From the human T2T-CHM13v2.0 reference genome, Homo sapiens, in NCBI RefSeq assembly GCF_009914755.1, contig NC_060931.1: DNA of 64,000 nt; one strand, given 5' to 3'. The notes under the pieces are model-generated. The model was not told where the DNA came from. It worked only from the letters and a program-made list of their open reading frames with translations, and made no database searches. Numbering within the stretch: the stretch's first letter is position 1; each line of letters begins with the position of its first letter. This document shows, one piece after another, positions 34,121 to 53,955 of this stretch. The position numbers and the translations under genes were made by a program.

Positions 34121-35027
34121 GGGGGGAGGAGCCAAGATGGCCGAATAGGAACAGCTCCAGTCTACAGCTCCCAGTGTGAGCGACGCAGAAGACGGGTGAT
34201 TTCTGCCTTTCCATCTGAGGTACCGGGTTCATCTCACTAGGGAGTGCCAGACAGTGGGCGCAGGCCAGTGGGTGCGCGCACCGTGCGCAAGCCGAAGCAG
34301 GGCGAGGCATTGCCTCACTTGGGAAGCGCAAGGGGCCAGGGAGTTCCCTTTCCGAGTCAAAGAAAGAGGTGACGGACGCACCTGGAAAATCGGGTCACTC
34401 CAACCCGAATATTGCGCTTTTCAGACCGGCTTAAAAAACGGTGAACCACAAGATTATATCCCACACCTGGCTCGGAGGGTCCTACGCCCACGGAATCTCG
34501 CTGATTGCTAGCACAGCAGTCTGAGATCAAACTTTAAGGCGGCAGCGAGGCTGGGGGAGGGGCGCCCGCCATTGCCCAGGCTTGCTTAGGTAAACAAAGC
34601 AGCCAGGAAGCTTGAACTGGGTGGAGCCCACCACAGCTCAAGGAGGCCTGCCTGCCTCTGTAGGCTCCACCTCTGGGGGCAGGGCACAGACAAACGAAAA
34701 GACAGCAGTAACCTCTGCAGACTTAAGTGTCCCTGTCTGACAGCTTTGAAGAGAGCAGTGGTTCTCCCAGCACGCAGCTGGAGATCTGAGAACCGGCAGA
34801 CTGCCTCCTCAAGTGCGTCCCTGACCCCTGACCCCCGAGCAGCCTAACTGGGAGGCACCCCCCAGCAGGGGCACACTGACACCTCACACTGCAGGGTATT
34901 CCAACAGACCTGCAGCTGAGGGTCCTGTCTGTTAGAAGGAAAACTAACAAACAGAAAGGACATCCACACCGAAAACCCATCTGTACATCACCATCATCAA
35001 AGACCAAAAGTAGATAAAACCACAAAG
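34121..35027 (+). promoter_or_regulatory. L1 5'UTR internal sense and antisense promoter; YY1 site CAAGATGGCCG intact
   Basis: Complete CpG-rich 5'UTR. Confidence 0.8.
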
Positions 35028-36044
35028 ATGGGGAAAAAACAGAACAGAAAAACTGGAAACTCTAAAATGCAGAGCGCCTCTCCTCCTCCAAAGGAACGCA
35101 GTTCCTCACCAGCAACGGAACAAAGCTGGATGGAGAATGACTTTGACGTGCTGAGAGAAGAAGGCTTCAGACGATCAAATTACTCTGAGCTACGGGAGGA
35201 CATTCAAGCCAAAGGCAAAGAAGTTGAAAACTTTGAAAAAAATTTCGAAGAATGTATAACTAGAATAACCAATACAGAGAAGTGCTTAAAGGAGCTGATG
35301 GAGCTGAAAACCAAGGCTCGAGAACTATGTGAAGAATGCAGAAGCCTCAGGAGCCGATGCGATCAACTGGAAGAAAGGGTATCAGCAATGGAAGATGAAA
35401 TGAATGAAATCAAGCGAGAAGGGAAGTTTAGAGAAAAAAGAATAAAAAGGAATGAGCAAAGCCTCCAAGAAATATGGGACTATGTGAAAAGACCAAATCT
35501 ACGTCTGATTGGTGTACCTGAAAGTGATGGGGAGAATGGAACCAAGTTGGAAAACACTCTGCAGGATATTATCCAGGAGAACTTCCCCAATCTAGCAAGG
35601 CAGGCCAACGTTCAGATTCAGGAAATACAGAGAACGCCACAAAGATACTCTTCGAGAAGAGTAACTCCAAGACTCATAATTGTCAGATTCACCAAAGTTG
35701 AAATGAAGGAAAAAATGTTAAGGGCAGCCAGAGAGAAAGGTCGGGTTACCCTCAAAGGGAAGCCCATCAGACTAACAGCGGATCTCTTGGCAGAAACCCT
35801 ACAAGCCAGAAGAGAGTGGGGGCCAATATTCAACATTCTTAAAGAAAAGAATTTGCAACCCAGAATTGCATATCCAGCCAAACTAAGCTTCATAAGTGAA
35901 GGAGAAATAAAATACTTCACAGACAAGCAAATGCTGAGAGATTTTGTCACCACCAGGCCTGCCCTAAAAGAGCTCCTGAAGGAAGTGCTAAGCATGGAAA
36001 GGAACAACCGGTACCAGCTGCTGCAAAATCATGCCAAAATGTAA
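35028..36044 (+). CDS. Intact LINE-1 ORF1p (338 aa RNA-binding protein)
   Basis: Full MGKKQNRK...NHAKM; REKG, ARR and YPAKLS motifs retained. Confidence 0.93.
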   Translation: MGKKQNRKTGNSKMQSASPPPKERSSSPATEQSWMENDFDVLREEGFRRSNYSELREDIQAKGKEVENFEKNFEECITRITNTEKCLKELMELKTKARELCEECRSLRSRCDQLEERVSAMEDEMNEIKREGKFREKRIKRNEQSLQEIWDYVKRPNLRLIGVPESDGENGTKLENTLQDIIQENFPNLARQANVQIQEIQRTPQRYSSRRVTPRLIIVRFTKVEMKEKMLRAAREKGRVTLKGKPIRLTADLLAETLQARREWGPIFNILKEKNLQPRIAYPAKLSFISEGEIKYFTDKQMLRDFVTTRPALKELLKEVLSMERNNRYQLLQNHAKM

Positions 36045-36107
36045 AGACCATCGAGACTAGGAAGAAACTGCATCAACTAACGAGCAAAATCACCAGCTAA
36101 CATCATA

Positions 36108-39935
<3,828 letters not shown>

Positions 39936-41405
39936 ACAATGAGATCACATGGACACAGGAAGGGGAATATCACACTCTGGGGACTGTGGTGGGGTGGGGG
40001 GAGGGGGGAGGGATAGCATTGGGAGATATACCTAATGCTAGATGACGAGTTAGTGGGTGCAGTGCACCAGCATGGCACATGTATACATATGTAACTAACC
40101 TGCACAATGTGCACATGTACCCTAAAACTTAAAGTATAATAAAAAAATAAAAAGAAATCACAAATGAAAAAATGAAAAAATATCCCATATGCATAGATTT
40201 AAAGAAGCAATATTGTTGAAGTGGTCATATTGCCCAAAGCAATCTACAGATTTAATGCTATTTCTATAAAACTAGCCATGTTATTTTTCACAGAATTAGA
40301 AAAAACTATTCTAAAATTCATATGGAACTAAAAAAAGAGCTCGAATAGTCAAGGCAGTCCTAAGCAAAAAGGACAAAGCCAGAGGCATCACAATCCCCAA
40401 CTTCAAACTATGCTGCAGAGCTACAGTAACCAAAAACAGCATGGTACTGGTACAACAACAGACACATAGACCAATGGAGCAGAATACAGAATCCAGAAAT
40501 AAAGCGGCACACCTACATCCAAGAGATCTTTGAAAAAGTTGACAAAAATAAGCAACGGTGCTGGGATAACTGGCTATCCATATGCAGAAGAATGAAACTG
40601 ACACCTATCTATCATTCTATACAAAAATTTATGGAAAATGGATTAAAGACTTAAATGTAAGATCAAAAACTATAGAAATCTTAGAAGAAAACCTAGGAGA
40701 TACCCTTCCGGACATTGGCCTTGGCAAGGAATTTATGACTAATCCTTAAAAGCAATTGCAATGAAAACAAAAATTGACAAGTGGGACCTAATCAAACTGA
40801 AGAGCTTCTGCACAGCAAAAGAAACTATCAACAGAGTAAACAGACAACCTACAGAATGGGAGAAAATATCTGCAAACTATGCATCTGACAAAGGTTTCAC
40901 TTATATGTGGGAGCTAAACATTGGGTACTCATGGACATAAATATGGGAACAACAGATACTGGAGACTACTATGGGTGGAGGAGGGAGGAAAAGAGGGAGG
41001 CAAGGGTTGAAAAACTACCTATTAGGTACTTTGCTCACTACCTGGGTGATGGGTCCATCGTACTTCAAACCTCAGCATCACACAATATACCTGGGTAACA
41101 AACCTGCAAATGTACCCCCTGAATCTAAAACAAAAGTTGAAATGAAAAATAAATAGCTTTGCTTTTTCTAGCAATCATATAGTATGTAATCTATTGCCTT
41201 TAACTTCTTTCATGTAGCATAATGTTTTCAATGTTTTTGATTTATCCATGTTGTTGCATACATCAATAATTTGTTTTTATTGCTGAGTAGTATTCTATAT
41301 TCTTTAGTCTGAGGGTATACATATATATATCTTTTCATTTAAAAAAATAATACTTTATGTGGTCAGAACACTTAAAATGAAATCTATCTTCTCTCTGTAT
41401 ATATA

Positions 41406-41707
41406 TTTATTATTATTATTATTTTGAGATAGAGTCTTACTCTGTCACCCAGACTGGAGTGCAGTGGTCTGATCTTGACCTACTGCAATCTCTGCCTCCC
41501 AGGCTCAATTGATCTTCCTGCCTCAGCCTCCTGAGTAGCTGGGACTACAGGTACATACCACCATGCCTTGCTAATTTTCGTATTTTTTGTAGAGACAATG
41601 TCTTGCTGTGTTTCTCAGGATGGTCTCGAACTCCCAGGCTGAAGTGATCTGCCTGTCTTGGCCTCCCAAAGTACTGGGATTACAAGCATGAGCCACTGCA
41701 CTTGGCC
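41406..41707 (-). mobile_element. AluJ
   Basis: Dimeric Alu, (TTA)n tail, J-type diagnostics. Confidence 0.88.
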
Positions 41708-41740
41708 AACAAATTTTTAAGTGTATAATACTTTATTGTT

Positions 41741-43831
<2,091 letters not shown>

Positions 43832-46310
43832 AATACTTTATTGTTGACTATAGGCAAAGTGTTGTACAGCAGTTCTCCAGAGCTTATTCTTCTTGCTTGA
43901 CTAAAACTTTGTGTCCATTGATTAGTAACTCCCCATTTCCCCCCCTTTTCAGCCTCTGATAACCACAATTCCACTCTGATTCTATGAATTTGACTATTTT
44001 AGTTACCTCCTCTAAATGGAATCACACAGTGTTTGTCTTTCTGTCTCTGGTTTATTTCACTTAGCAGTGTGACCTCTAGGTTCATCCTCGTTGTCACATA
44101 TGGCAGAAGTCCCTTCTTTTTTAAGACTGAGTCATATTCCTTTGCATGTAAACACCACATTCTCTTTATTCATCTGTCAGTGGAAATTTAAGAGTGATAA
44201 TATATCTTTGAGATTCTGACTTCAATTATTTTGAATAAATATTCAGAAGTGGGATTACTGGATCATATGGTGGTTCTATTTTTAAGTTTTAGAGAAAGCT
44301 CCATACTGTTTTTCACAGTGGTTGCACAATTTTGCATTCCCACCAACAGTGTACAATGGTTCTTCTAGTTTCTCTATATCTTTGTTGTCTTTTTCTTTTA
44401 ATAATGGCCATACTAATGGATATGAGGTGACATCACATTGTGGTTCTGATTTGCATTTCCCTCAGGATGAGTGATGTTGAGCATTTTTTTATATGTCTGT
44501 TGGCCATTTGTACGTTTTCTTTGGATAAATGTCTGTTCAAATTCTTAGCCCATTTTTACATTTGGTTATTAGTGTTTTCCTATTGAGTTGTAAGAGTTCC
44601 TTGTATATTTTGGAGATTAATCTCTTATGCATATGGTTTGCAAATATTTTGTCCCATTCTGTACATTGCCTTTCCAGACTTTTTTCCTTTTCAATTTAGA
44701 ACATTTTCAGTTTGTAGACAACATCTGATATAATAGAAAACTCTAAAGATTCCATTAAAAAACATGTTAACAGCTCAACATCAATTTATCTATTGAACAA
44801 ACTCAGTAAAGTTGCAGGATACAAAATCAACATGCAGAAATCATTTACATTTCTATACACTAACAATAAACTATCTATAAAGCAAGTTTACAAAGGTAAC
44901 TTTATTTATAATACCACCAAAAATACTTTAGGAATATACTTAACTAAGAAGCTGAAAGGCTCGTATAGCGAAAAATACAAACTGTTGAGAAAAGACACTA
45001 AAGAAGGCACAAATAAAGTAAACACATCCTGTGTTCATGGGTTGGAAGACTTAATATTGTTAAAATGTTCATATTACCCAAAGCAGTCTCCAGAATCAGT
45101 GCAATCCTTATCAATATTCCAATGGTATTTTTTACAGAAATAGAAAAAACAAATCTAGAACTCATATGAAACCACAAAAGATCAAGACTAGTCAAACCAA
45201 TCTTGAGAAGGAAGAATAAAGCTAGAAGCATTACAATAGCTTGATTTCAAACTATATCAAAAGGCTACAATAATCAATGCTGGCATAATGACAGACATAT
45301 AGACCAATAGAACAGAATAGAGAGACTAGAAATAAATTCATGCATTTATGGTCAACTAGTCTTTGACAAGACTGCCAAGAATAAACAATGGGGAAAGGAT
45401 AGTCTCTTTGACAGATGTTGTCAGAAAAACTGGATATCTACATGTAAAAGAATGAAATTGGACCCTTGTGTTGTACCATACACAGGAGTGAACTTAAAAT
45501 AGATTAAAGACAAACATAAGACTTGACAATGTAAAACTGCTAGAAGAACACATAGGGGAAGAGCTTAATGACATTGGTCTTGGTAATAATCTTATGGACA
45601 TGACACCAGAAGCACAGGCAACAAAAACAAAAGTGAACAAGTATTCCATTTTGTGTGTGTGTGTGTGTGTGATATACTGTAATTTACTCATTCATTTATT
45701 GATGAACCCTTAGGATGTTCCTAGTTTATGATGATGCTATAAGCATTCATGTATAAATATTTGATGTGGACATGTTTTCATTTATCTCTTGGATAAGTAT
45801 CTAGGAATGGAATTTGCTGGATGATATGATAGGTATATGTTTAGGTTTATAAAACACTGTTAAACTGTTTTCCAAAGTTGTTGTGTCATTTTACGTTTTA
45901 AACAGAACGTATGAGATTTCCATTTGCTCCACATCCTCATCAACACTTGATATTGTCAATCTTTTAAAATTTAGCCACTCTAATGGATGTGTAACAGTAT
46001 CTCATTGTGGCTTTTTTATTTTCCTGATAACCAGTGATCTTGTATATGTTTTAATGTATTTGTTGGCTTTATATATTCTGGATATAAATCCTTTATCAAA
46101 TACATGCTCTTTGAATATTTTCTCTCATGCTGTGGCTTATCTTTTCATTTTCTTGCCTCCTTTTTTAAAGCAAAATTTTTAATTTTGATGAAGTTTATTT
46201 TATTAATATTTTGTTCTGTGATTTGACTTTTTGTGTCCTGTTTAAATCATTATTGCCTAATGCAAGGTCACAATGATTTTTCTCCTCTGTATTCTTCTGG
46301 GAGTTTTATA

Positions 46311-46611
46311 TTTATTTATTTATTTATTTTGAGACGAAGTCTTGCTCTATTGCCCAGGCTGGAGTGCAGTGATGTGACCTCGGCTCACTGCAACCTCCAC
46401 CTCCTGGTTCAAGTGATTCTCCTGCCTCAGCCTCCCGAGTAGCTGGGGCTACACCTGCATGCCACCACGCCCAGCTAATTTTTTTGTATTTTCAGTAGAG
46501 ACGGAGTTTCACCATGTTAGCTAGGATGGTCTCGAGCACCTGATCTCGTGATCTGCCTGCCTCGGCCTCCCAAAGTGCTGGGATTACAGGCGTGAGCCAC
46601 CACGCCCAGAC
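46311..46611 (-). mobile_element. AluS (AluSc-like)
   Basis: 19-bp TSD ttcttct(g/a)ggagttttata at 46292-46310 and 46612-46630. Confidence 0.9.
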
Positions 46612-46934
46612 TTCTTCTAGGAGTTTTATAACTTAGCTATTATATTTAGGTTTAAGGTCAGTATTTTTTTTTTTAATGTGGTGGAAATAAATGTTGAGGT
46701 TAATTTATTATCATACAGATATCCAATTGTTCCAGTAACATTTTGTGTAAAGATTATCCTTATGGTCAAAGCCCAATTGGCCATATAAGTGAAGCTCTAT
46801 TTCTAGGCATTCTGTATTTGGTTCCATTGGTCTATACATGTGTCAATACATCAATGCCACACTATCTTGAATCCTACAGTTAAGTCTTGAAATTTGATAA
46901 AAGAAGTCCTTCATCTTTTTCTCTTTTTAAAGAT

Positions 46935-48165
46935 CAATAAGCACATGAAAAGATGCTTGACATCACATGTCATTAGGGAACTGTACATTAAAACAATAAT
47001 GAGGCCAGGCATGGTGGTTCACACCTGTAATCCCAGCACTTTGGGAGGCCGAGGCAGACGGACCACCTGAGGTCAAGAGATCAAGACCAGCCTGACCAAC
47101 ATGGTGAAACCCTATCTGTACTAAAAATACAAAAATTAGCTGGGTGTGGTGGCACATGTCTGTAATCTCAGCTACCTGGGAGGCTGAGTCAAAAGAATCG
47201 CTTGAACCTGAGAGGTGAACGTTTCAGTGAGCCAAGATTGCACCACTGCACTCCAGCCTGGGTAACAGAGTGAGACTCTGTCTCAAAAAACAAACAAACA
47301 GACAAAGAAACACACACACAAAAAAAATAATGAGAAACCGTTACACATCTACTGAATCCCAAACACTGACAACAGAAAATGCTGGCAAAAATGTGAAGCA
47401 ACAGGAATTCTCATTCATTGCGTGCTGGAATGCACAAGGGTACAGCCATTTTGGCAGACAGTTTGGCAGTTTCTTACAAAACCATTAGATCCAGCAATTG
47501 TGTTCCTTGGTATTTACTCAAATGAACTGAAAACTTAGGTCTACACAAAAATCTGCATGTGGATGTTTATAGTAGCTTTATTCATAACTGCCAAACCTTG
47601 GAAGTAAACAAGATCTATTTTAATAAGTGAGTGAATAAACTGTGCTACATTCAGAAAATGGAATATTATTCAGCACTAAAAAGAAATGAACCATCAAGCC
47701 ATGAAAAGACAGAGGAAACTTAAATGTATATGACTAAGTGAAAGGAACCAACCTAAAAAAGCCAAATGCTGTATGATTCCACCAAATGATATCCTGAAAA
47801 AGGCAAACTATGGAGTCGGTAAAGGGATCAGGGGTTGCCAGGAGTTGGGGGTGTAAAACGATAGATAGGTAGAGCACCCAGGACTTCAGGTGAGTGGAAT
47901 GATTCTGTATGATACTACAGTGGTGGATACATGTCATTATACTTTGTTAAAATCATAGAATTTCCAACATCGAGAGTGAATCTCAATGTAAACTATGGAC
48001 TCTGAGTGATAATGATGCATCCATTGTTACAAATGTCCCATTCTCAAGGGGATGCTGACGACAGGGGTGTCTGTGTTTGGGTGGGGGAAGGAAGGTGTGG
48101 GAATTCTATTTTCTGCTCAGTTTTGCTGTGAATCTAAAACTGCTCTAAAAGATAAAGTCTTAATT
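46935..48165 (+). mobile_element. L1MC1-like 3' end
   Basis: 'ggtggatacatgtcattatac', 'aatgtaaactatggactctgagtgataatgatg'. Confidence 0.75.
47003..47325 (+). mobile_element. AluS
   Basis: Dimeric Alu flanked by aataatgag repeats. Confidence 0.9.
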
Positions 48166-48409
48166 TACAAAACAACATATTTTTAAAAGAGTTGTGGAGT
48201 ATAATTAAGCAAGGTAACATAATCCCATGAAAAATGCTAGTAATTCTGAAAACTAACTTTGTGCACCATTTAGAGCAGAAATCATCTGCAACGTTCATAT
48301 CAATGTGAAGGATAAAAAGTTGAAAAAAAAATCCGGGCTAAAGACATGGTCCTAGAGAATTCATGTTTATGTTTTTCAGTTATTCACCCTGGGAGTATGC
48401 ATTTTCAAC

Positions 48410-48625
48410 CCATTTTTAATCCATATAGCTGACTCATTTCCCAAGCCATTCTTCCCAACCTTGCCTATAGAGATATGATATCCTTGTTCCAAAGTCTTGT
48501 TGGAATCCAAGTATACAGACTATTTACCAGTCTAGGAATTGTATCAAAAAGTCCTGAGGCTTCTCTGCGCTTTCTTAGTGAAGCTGCGTGGGGTTGCTAA
48601 TGGTCACCACCTTGTTTTCTACGTT
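48410..48625 (-). mobile_element. L3/CR1 RT fragment (ancient)
   Basis: 'cttgttggaatccaagtatac...taccagtctag...ttcttagtgaagc...tggtcacc' resembles antisense CR1 RT (YLDF.KAF and QHGF region). Confidence 0.5.
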
Positions 48626-49259
48626 TAGGTTAGCTCAGCAAATGTTTGAGTGCTGTTATATGTAAGTCATTGTGGTCATCACCAGGAAGACAAAATAATC
48701 TCAAGGGATTTCGAGTCTATTGAGTACATAAACGATCCTTAGGAAATTAGTTTTGGAATCTTGATCAGATGAACTTTACAATCCCAAGCCCCTGTGTAGA
48801 AGTTCCTTCCCCTTTCTTTTTGTTAGTGTTGAGAATGTGTATTCCAGAGCTTCTCATCCCACACATCATTTTGTACCTCCAGTTCCTCAGGCTGTACCAA
48901 CAGGCTCAAGGATCTTTTAGAGGTGCCCTGCCCAGATGACTTGCTCACCTTCCCTTTATCTCTGGACTTGATTTGAATTTCCCCTTTTTTTTATTTATAC
49001 CCAGTTTAAAAATCTGAGTCACTGACTGAGAAGTTGGGCAGGGAAGAGAGGCAGAACAGCTTCCTTCTCCATCATTTATTCACACCTTCAAGCCCAGCCC
49101 ATCAACTTGCCCATCCTATTCCTTTTTCTTGTTTTAAACATAACTGAAAACACATCCCACCCAACTATCCTAAATATATTTCTGAGCATCAGTTTCTTTT
49201 TGGCTTTAGAATTTCTGATAACACTTTTCTGTGTCTTTGTCCTTTAGAGAAGAAAACAT

Positions 49260-49415
49260 ACCAGAATAGAGATGTGGATTCTGTTCTTGGCTATGCTATT
49301 TATTTGCTGTGTGAATTTGTAAAATTACTTAGTGTTTTTGACCCTCAGCCTCCTTCTCTGTAATGCGGGTATCATAATAACTATGCTGCCTATATGGTGG
49401 CATTAGCTTGAGGGT
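49260..49415 (+). mobile_element. MIR
   Basis: 'gctgtgtgaatttgtaaaattactta...cctcagcctccttctctgtaatgcggg'. Confidence 0.65.
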
Positions 49416-50814
49416 CAAAACCAGGGTCCACAGATGTTAAAATGTCCACTGAAAACAATGAGGTATTCCCGAAAGGTTACGTGTTATTTTGGTAGACTAC
49501 TTACTATTGTTTGAATTTTAAAGCTTAGAAATTGATATTCACCGCAGCATGGCACATGAATAAAAGAGTCTGAATCTAATTAAAAGGTAATGTTCCGCTA
49601 TTCAGATTCTTCTGCCTCGCATATCAGAAAGGCAGGTTTCTCCACTGGCATTCTTGGCTCAACTTTGAGAGCTGTGTTTATGCTGAGCTTCACTGGGGAC
49701 AATCTCAAAGACACAATATCATGGGAATTGAATTGAATCACTGGAAAATATGATGTTAGGAAAACCAGGCAAGAACAACTTTCCAGTTTTATTTGCTCCA
49801 CTTTTGCCCCTTTGATGAAGTGAGTCAGAAATTGGTAAATAGAAAGTTCGTTGCTCTTTTATGTGGAAATAGCATACTGAGTAACATCACAGGTCTCTTA
49901 TGCATAGCATTTAAAAGCATCTTCTCTCTCTCTGTCTTTCGAACTGAAGGCCAAGGGAAGGGTTTGCTGTGTCATCTCTTCATCAGGTGTGGCGTTCCCA
50001 GATAAGACCAGACCACACTCCCAAGCTGAACTGAGGCCTAAAACAACAAGCTCATTGTTGCTGTGATTTTGTCTCATTCCCTTGGCAAGTTAAGTTCTCA
50101 ACTATTTCAGATAATTCCTTTGGTTGGTTGATCTTTGTTTTACCTGTAATAGCATCTTTATCAGAATAATTCCACAGGTCTCCTCCTAGTTTAATCTATC
50201 TAATAATTTCCACCTACATAGCACTCTTTCACTACATTTCTGGAGGTGTGGCTTCTGTTTATTTTGTCATGTATGTACAATAGTCCATCACCAACAGCAA
50301 AAGTAAGTTAGTCAAAAACCTGATGGGGAGAGAATTTGCAACTGACATGCTTAAACTCCAGAGAAAACAGACGAGGAGTCCTCATAAATATTAATTATGT
50401 GCAGTAAAAAATCAGAATGCTGAAAGGGATGATAAATGATACTTCCCATCTTAAATGGATAACAAACAGTTCTGTAAAATTACTTTCTCAAGATTCCTTA
50501 CTTGCCAGAGATGCTAGAAACACTGCCCCAGGAATTCCAATGAGATGGTTTGTCCACATTTTTGCTCTGATACAGGTAATATGCGTAGTAAGAGGCATTT
50601 TCATCTATGTGTGGGGTCCCCCATCAAAATATTCAATATTTTTCTGGTGTTATGAATCAGAATTTTTGCTTCCTGTTTCTTGGGTCCCATCTGAGGGCCT
50701 GGTACTTGGATATTTGATATGGGAACAGCCTTAAGTGTTTTCTAACAACCTCAGCATTGGTGACCAGGTAGGTACTTATCCGGTTCCATCTCCTGGAGGT
50801 GACAGTGTGGCATC

Positions 50815-51036
50815 CATGCTCAGACCATCTGAGTTCTAGTCCTAAGAACTCCACCAACCTATGCTTCCTTAGCCAAGTGACCAAGTGTACTCTAGAAGGC
50901 TTAGTTTTCCTGTCAGTAAAACGGAGGCAATCGCAGCAAGCATTTCCTGTCCTTGTTTCGAGGGCTGATGGAGATGGCGAGTGTGAAATGCACAGCAGGG
51001 CCCTGCACAGAGCAAGGGTGAACATACATCGTTATT
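50815..51036 (+). mobile_element. MIR
   Basis: 'ctgagttctagtcct', 'cttagttttcctgtcagtaaaacggagg'. Confidence 0.6.
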
Positions 51037-51397
51037 CCTAACAAGCACCAGCATCTCCTCTTGGCTCTGTCAGACAACTTGGTGGCAAAACATGTGTTCT
51101 TGGCACCTTATGCACACATTTCAGTTTTGCATCCAAGAACTATGTTTCCTTGCACTTATTTGTACCAAGCTCTTCCAAGCTTTGTCTGAAAAGCCTCTTG
51201 CCATCACACCATTGCTCTTAGCTCCCAGCCCCAGTTCCCTTTTCCTGATTGTTCTCTGGACCTGTGAATCATTTCACACAAATTGGTCCCAAAATTCTGG
51301 CACTTACCAAAAAGTTATATGGAAATATGTCCCTATGCATTGACATTTCTTAGATAGGAAGTTCTATATTTGTGTTTCTTTTTTCTTTCCCAAATAA

Positions 51398-51550
51398 GGT
51401 TAGATTCTTTCAGCTATTTGTAATAGAAAACTTCAACTCAACTTGTTTAAACAATAAGGAATTTATTATCTTATATGACAAGAGATCTGAAGATAAAAGG
51501 GCCTCAGAGTTAGCTAATTCAGAGACTTAATGACATAATCAAAGATCCTT
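51398..51550 (-). mobile_element. Old MLT1-type LTR fragment
   Basis: 'aatagaaaacttcaactcaacttgtttaaacaataaggaatttatt'. Confidence 0.45.
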
Positions 51551-51845
51551 GATTTTGAAACTTGCTTACGGGTACCCTTCAGCCCTGAATGTTGCTACAA
51601 TTCCACTCTTTCCCATGCACCATTAGGGACACACAAGCAGCTAAATGGTCTCACAATCTCCCAAGACAATTGTGATTCCATCCTCTGGGATGTCTTTGTT
51701 TTCATACCCTCCTTCCTGGGACCCTGTTCACAAGTCTATGCATCTGTAGCAATGTATCTGAATTATTAAATTGTTCATCTTGTTGGTTCTATAGTGATCC
51801 TTCTGAGGTCATAAGCCATGTCCTATTCGTAGGTAAAATCACTAG

Positions 51846-52205
<360 letters not shown>

Positions 52206-52799
52206 TAAATTATTTTTTATAGGGGAAAAGGAAGGCAAGCAGATGAGAGAATTTTTGGTGCGCTATGCTTGATGTTTTAGATGGAGCCAGTGGCCCTTTG
52301 AGGAGTTAATATGAGTGAGATGCCACACAAACTGGAAACAGCTACAAGAGGGAATCTCTTTGACCAGTGCTTTAGTGTCTCATTCCCTGCACCCTGCCTG
52401 GGCTTCCTGGGTTAGCTCCATGGGTCTGGTCTCTTAGTCTAGATGTGGGTGTTGTGAGGCAGAAGGAAGGGGAGCATGGTCCAGAATGCATTGCAGAGTG
52501 AATGCTGCCCCTCAGCAGAGAAATGTGGGCAGGGAACTCTCCGTGGAAGGGGCTGGGGGCTTAGTTCAGGAGATATCAGGGATGGATTTGGTCTCTGAGG
52601 GTCTCATTTCCATAATAGTCATTATACAAAATTACTCATCTCTGAAGGCACCTAAAAATTCTTCAGATTTCTTTTTTGGTAACATTTTTATTCTTTGTCC
52701 TGGGTGGGTGGGGAGGAATGGGAGGATGGGATACAACTGCTCCATGGAGGAAGTGATGAGGTGGAAGGATCAGGGACCCCCCAACCAGCCATATATGGA

Positions 52800-52985
52800 A
52801 GGGACTCCCTGCTTGTATGTAACCGGACACGTCACATCATCTCTCTGAGCCTCAGTTTCCTTCTGTCACAGAGATGGCCACACTCACCTCTGGTATGTTG
52901 GGACACTAAGTCATGTCGGGACACTAAGTCATGTCATCAGTGTAAGGTCCCCGGCACATATGGGCCCCCTGTGAACATCAGTTCC
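52800..52985 (+). mobile_element. MIR with an 18-bp tandem duplication (52900-52935)
   Basis: 'ctctctgagcctcagtttccttctgtcacagagatgg'; gggacactaagtcatgtc x2. Confidence 0.6.
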
Positions 52986-53955
52986 TCCCCATCTTTCCTA
53001 GCAAGGAGAGGAGTGGACTACTCAAGACTTATAAGCCATAAGTATTGACCCCCTCCCTTGAACCCCAGAGCTCAGGGATCCGGTTCAAGTTTGTGTAATT
53101 TACATGGAAGCAAGGGTGAAATATGGACACTGAAACCTTAGTGAGCAGCAGACTCATCAGTGCTGGCCTTGAGGTTCTCATCGTTTGCTGCTGCAGGGTG
53201 ACTGATCCTAGGAGAAAGGAAGTCACCAGATCACCAACCCCTCTGAGTGATGAGGAATCACTTCCCAGAGCATTGGTCACCAACGCTGAGGGCATTAGAA
53301 AACACTCAAGGCTGTTCCCATATCAACGGCGCAGGAAGCACCCTTCTCTGCAGCCGCCAGGGAGCTTCAGAGCCCGTTCCTGGATGGAAGACGCGTTTCT
53401 GCAGCCCTGTTGCAGAACACATCAACAAAGTGCTCCCTTGGCCAATGAGGAATCTAACACCGAGTTTGCACCAAAAGACCATCAGAAAAGCTGTAGCAGC
53501 AGAAGCTAACTGGGGAGGCCCTGTGTCCAGTCTACACAGTCTAGGGCCTGTGCTGGCAAAGTGTGGCCAACCCCAGTTTCAGCAAGGCCAGCACGGCTCT
53601 GTGAGTCCCAGCCCTCCATGCAGGGGCAACGCTCCAGATGGGGATGGCCCATCTGGAGCCAGGCGGGACTCAGCTCTACCCTGCGTGTCAAGGCAGCGTC
53701 TAGAGGAGACAAATAGCTGATGACTGGGTCGTGTCTTCATTAGTGGAGCGTGGGCTCAATCACTTTCCAACAGTCAACTTTGTCTTATTCAGAGTTAAAA
53801 GAAGCCCTTGAGATGTGGCTGAGGAGCAGCGCCTGTCCCAGAGATGCTGAAGGACATTTGGATGGACTCTCCTGGGACCTTGTGGGATAAGCAAAGGCCT
53901 GCACACACTGCTGGACAGCACCCTCCCAGAAGCTTTTCCTGTGGGTGACATCCTC

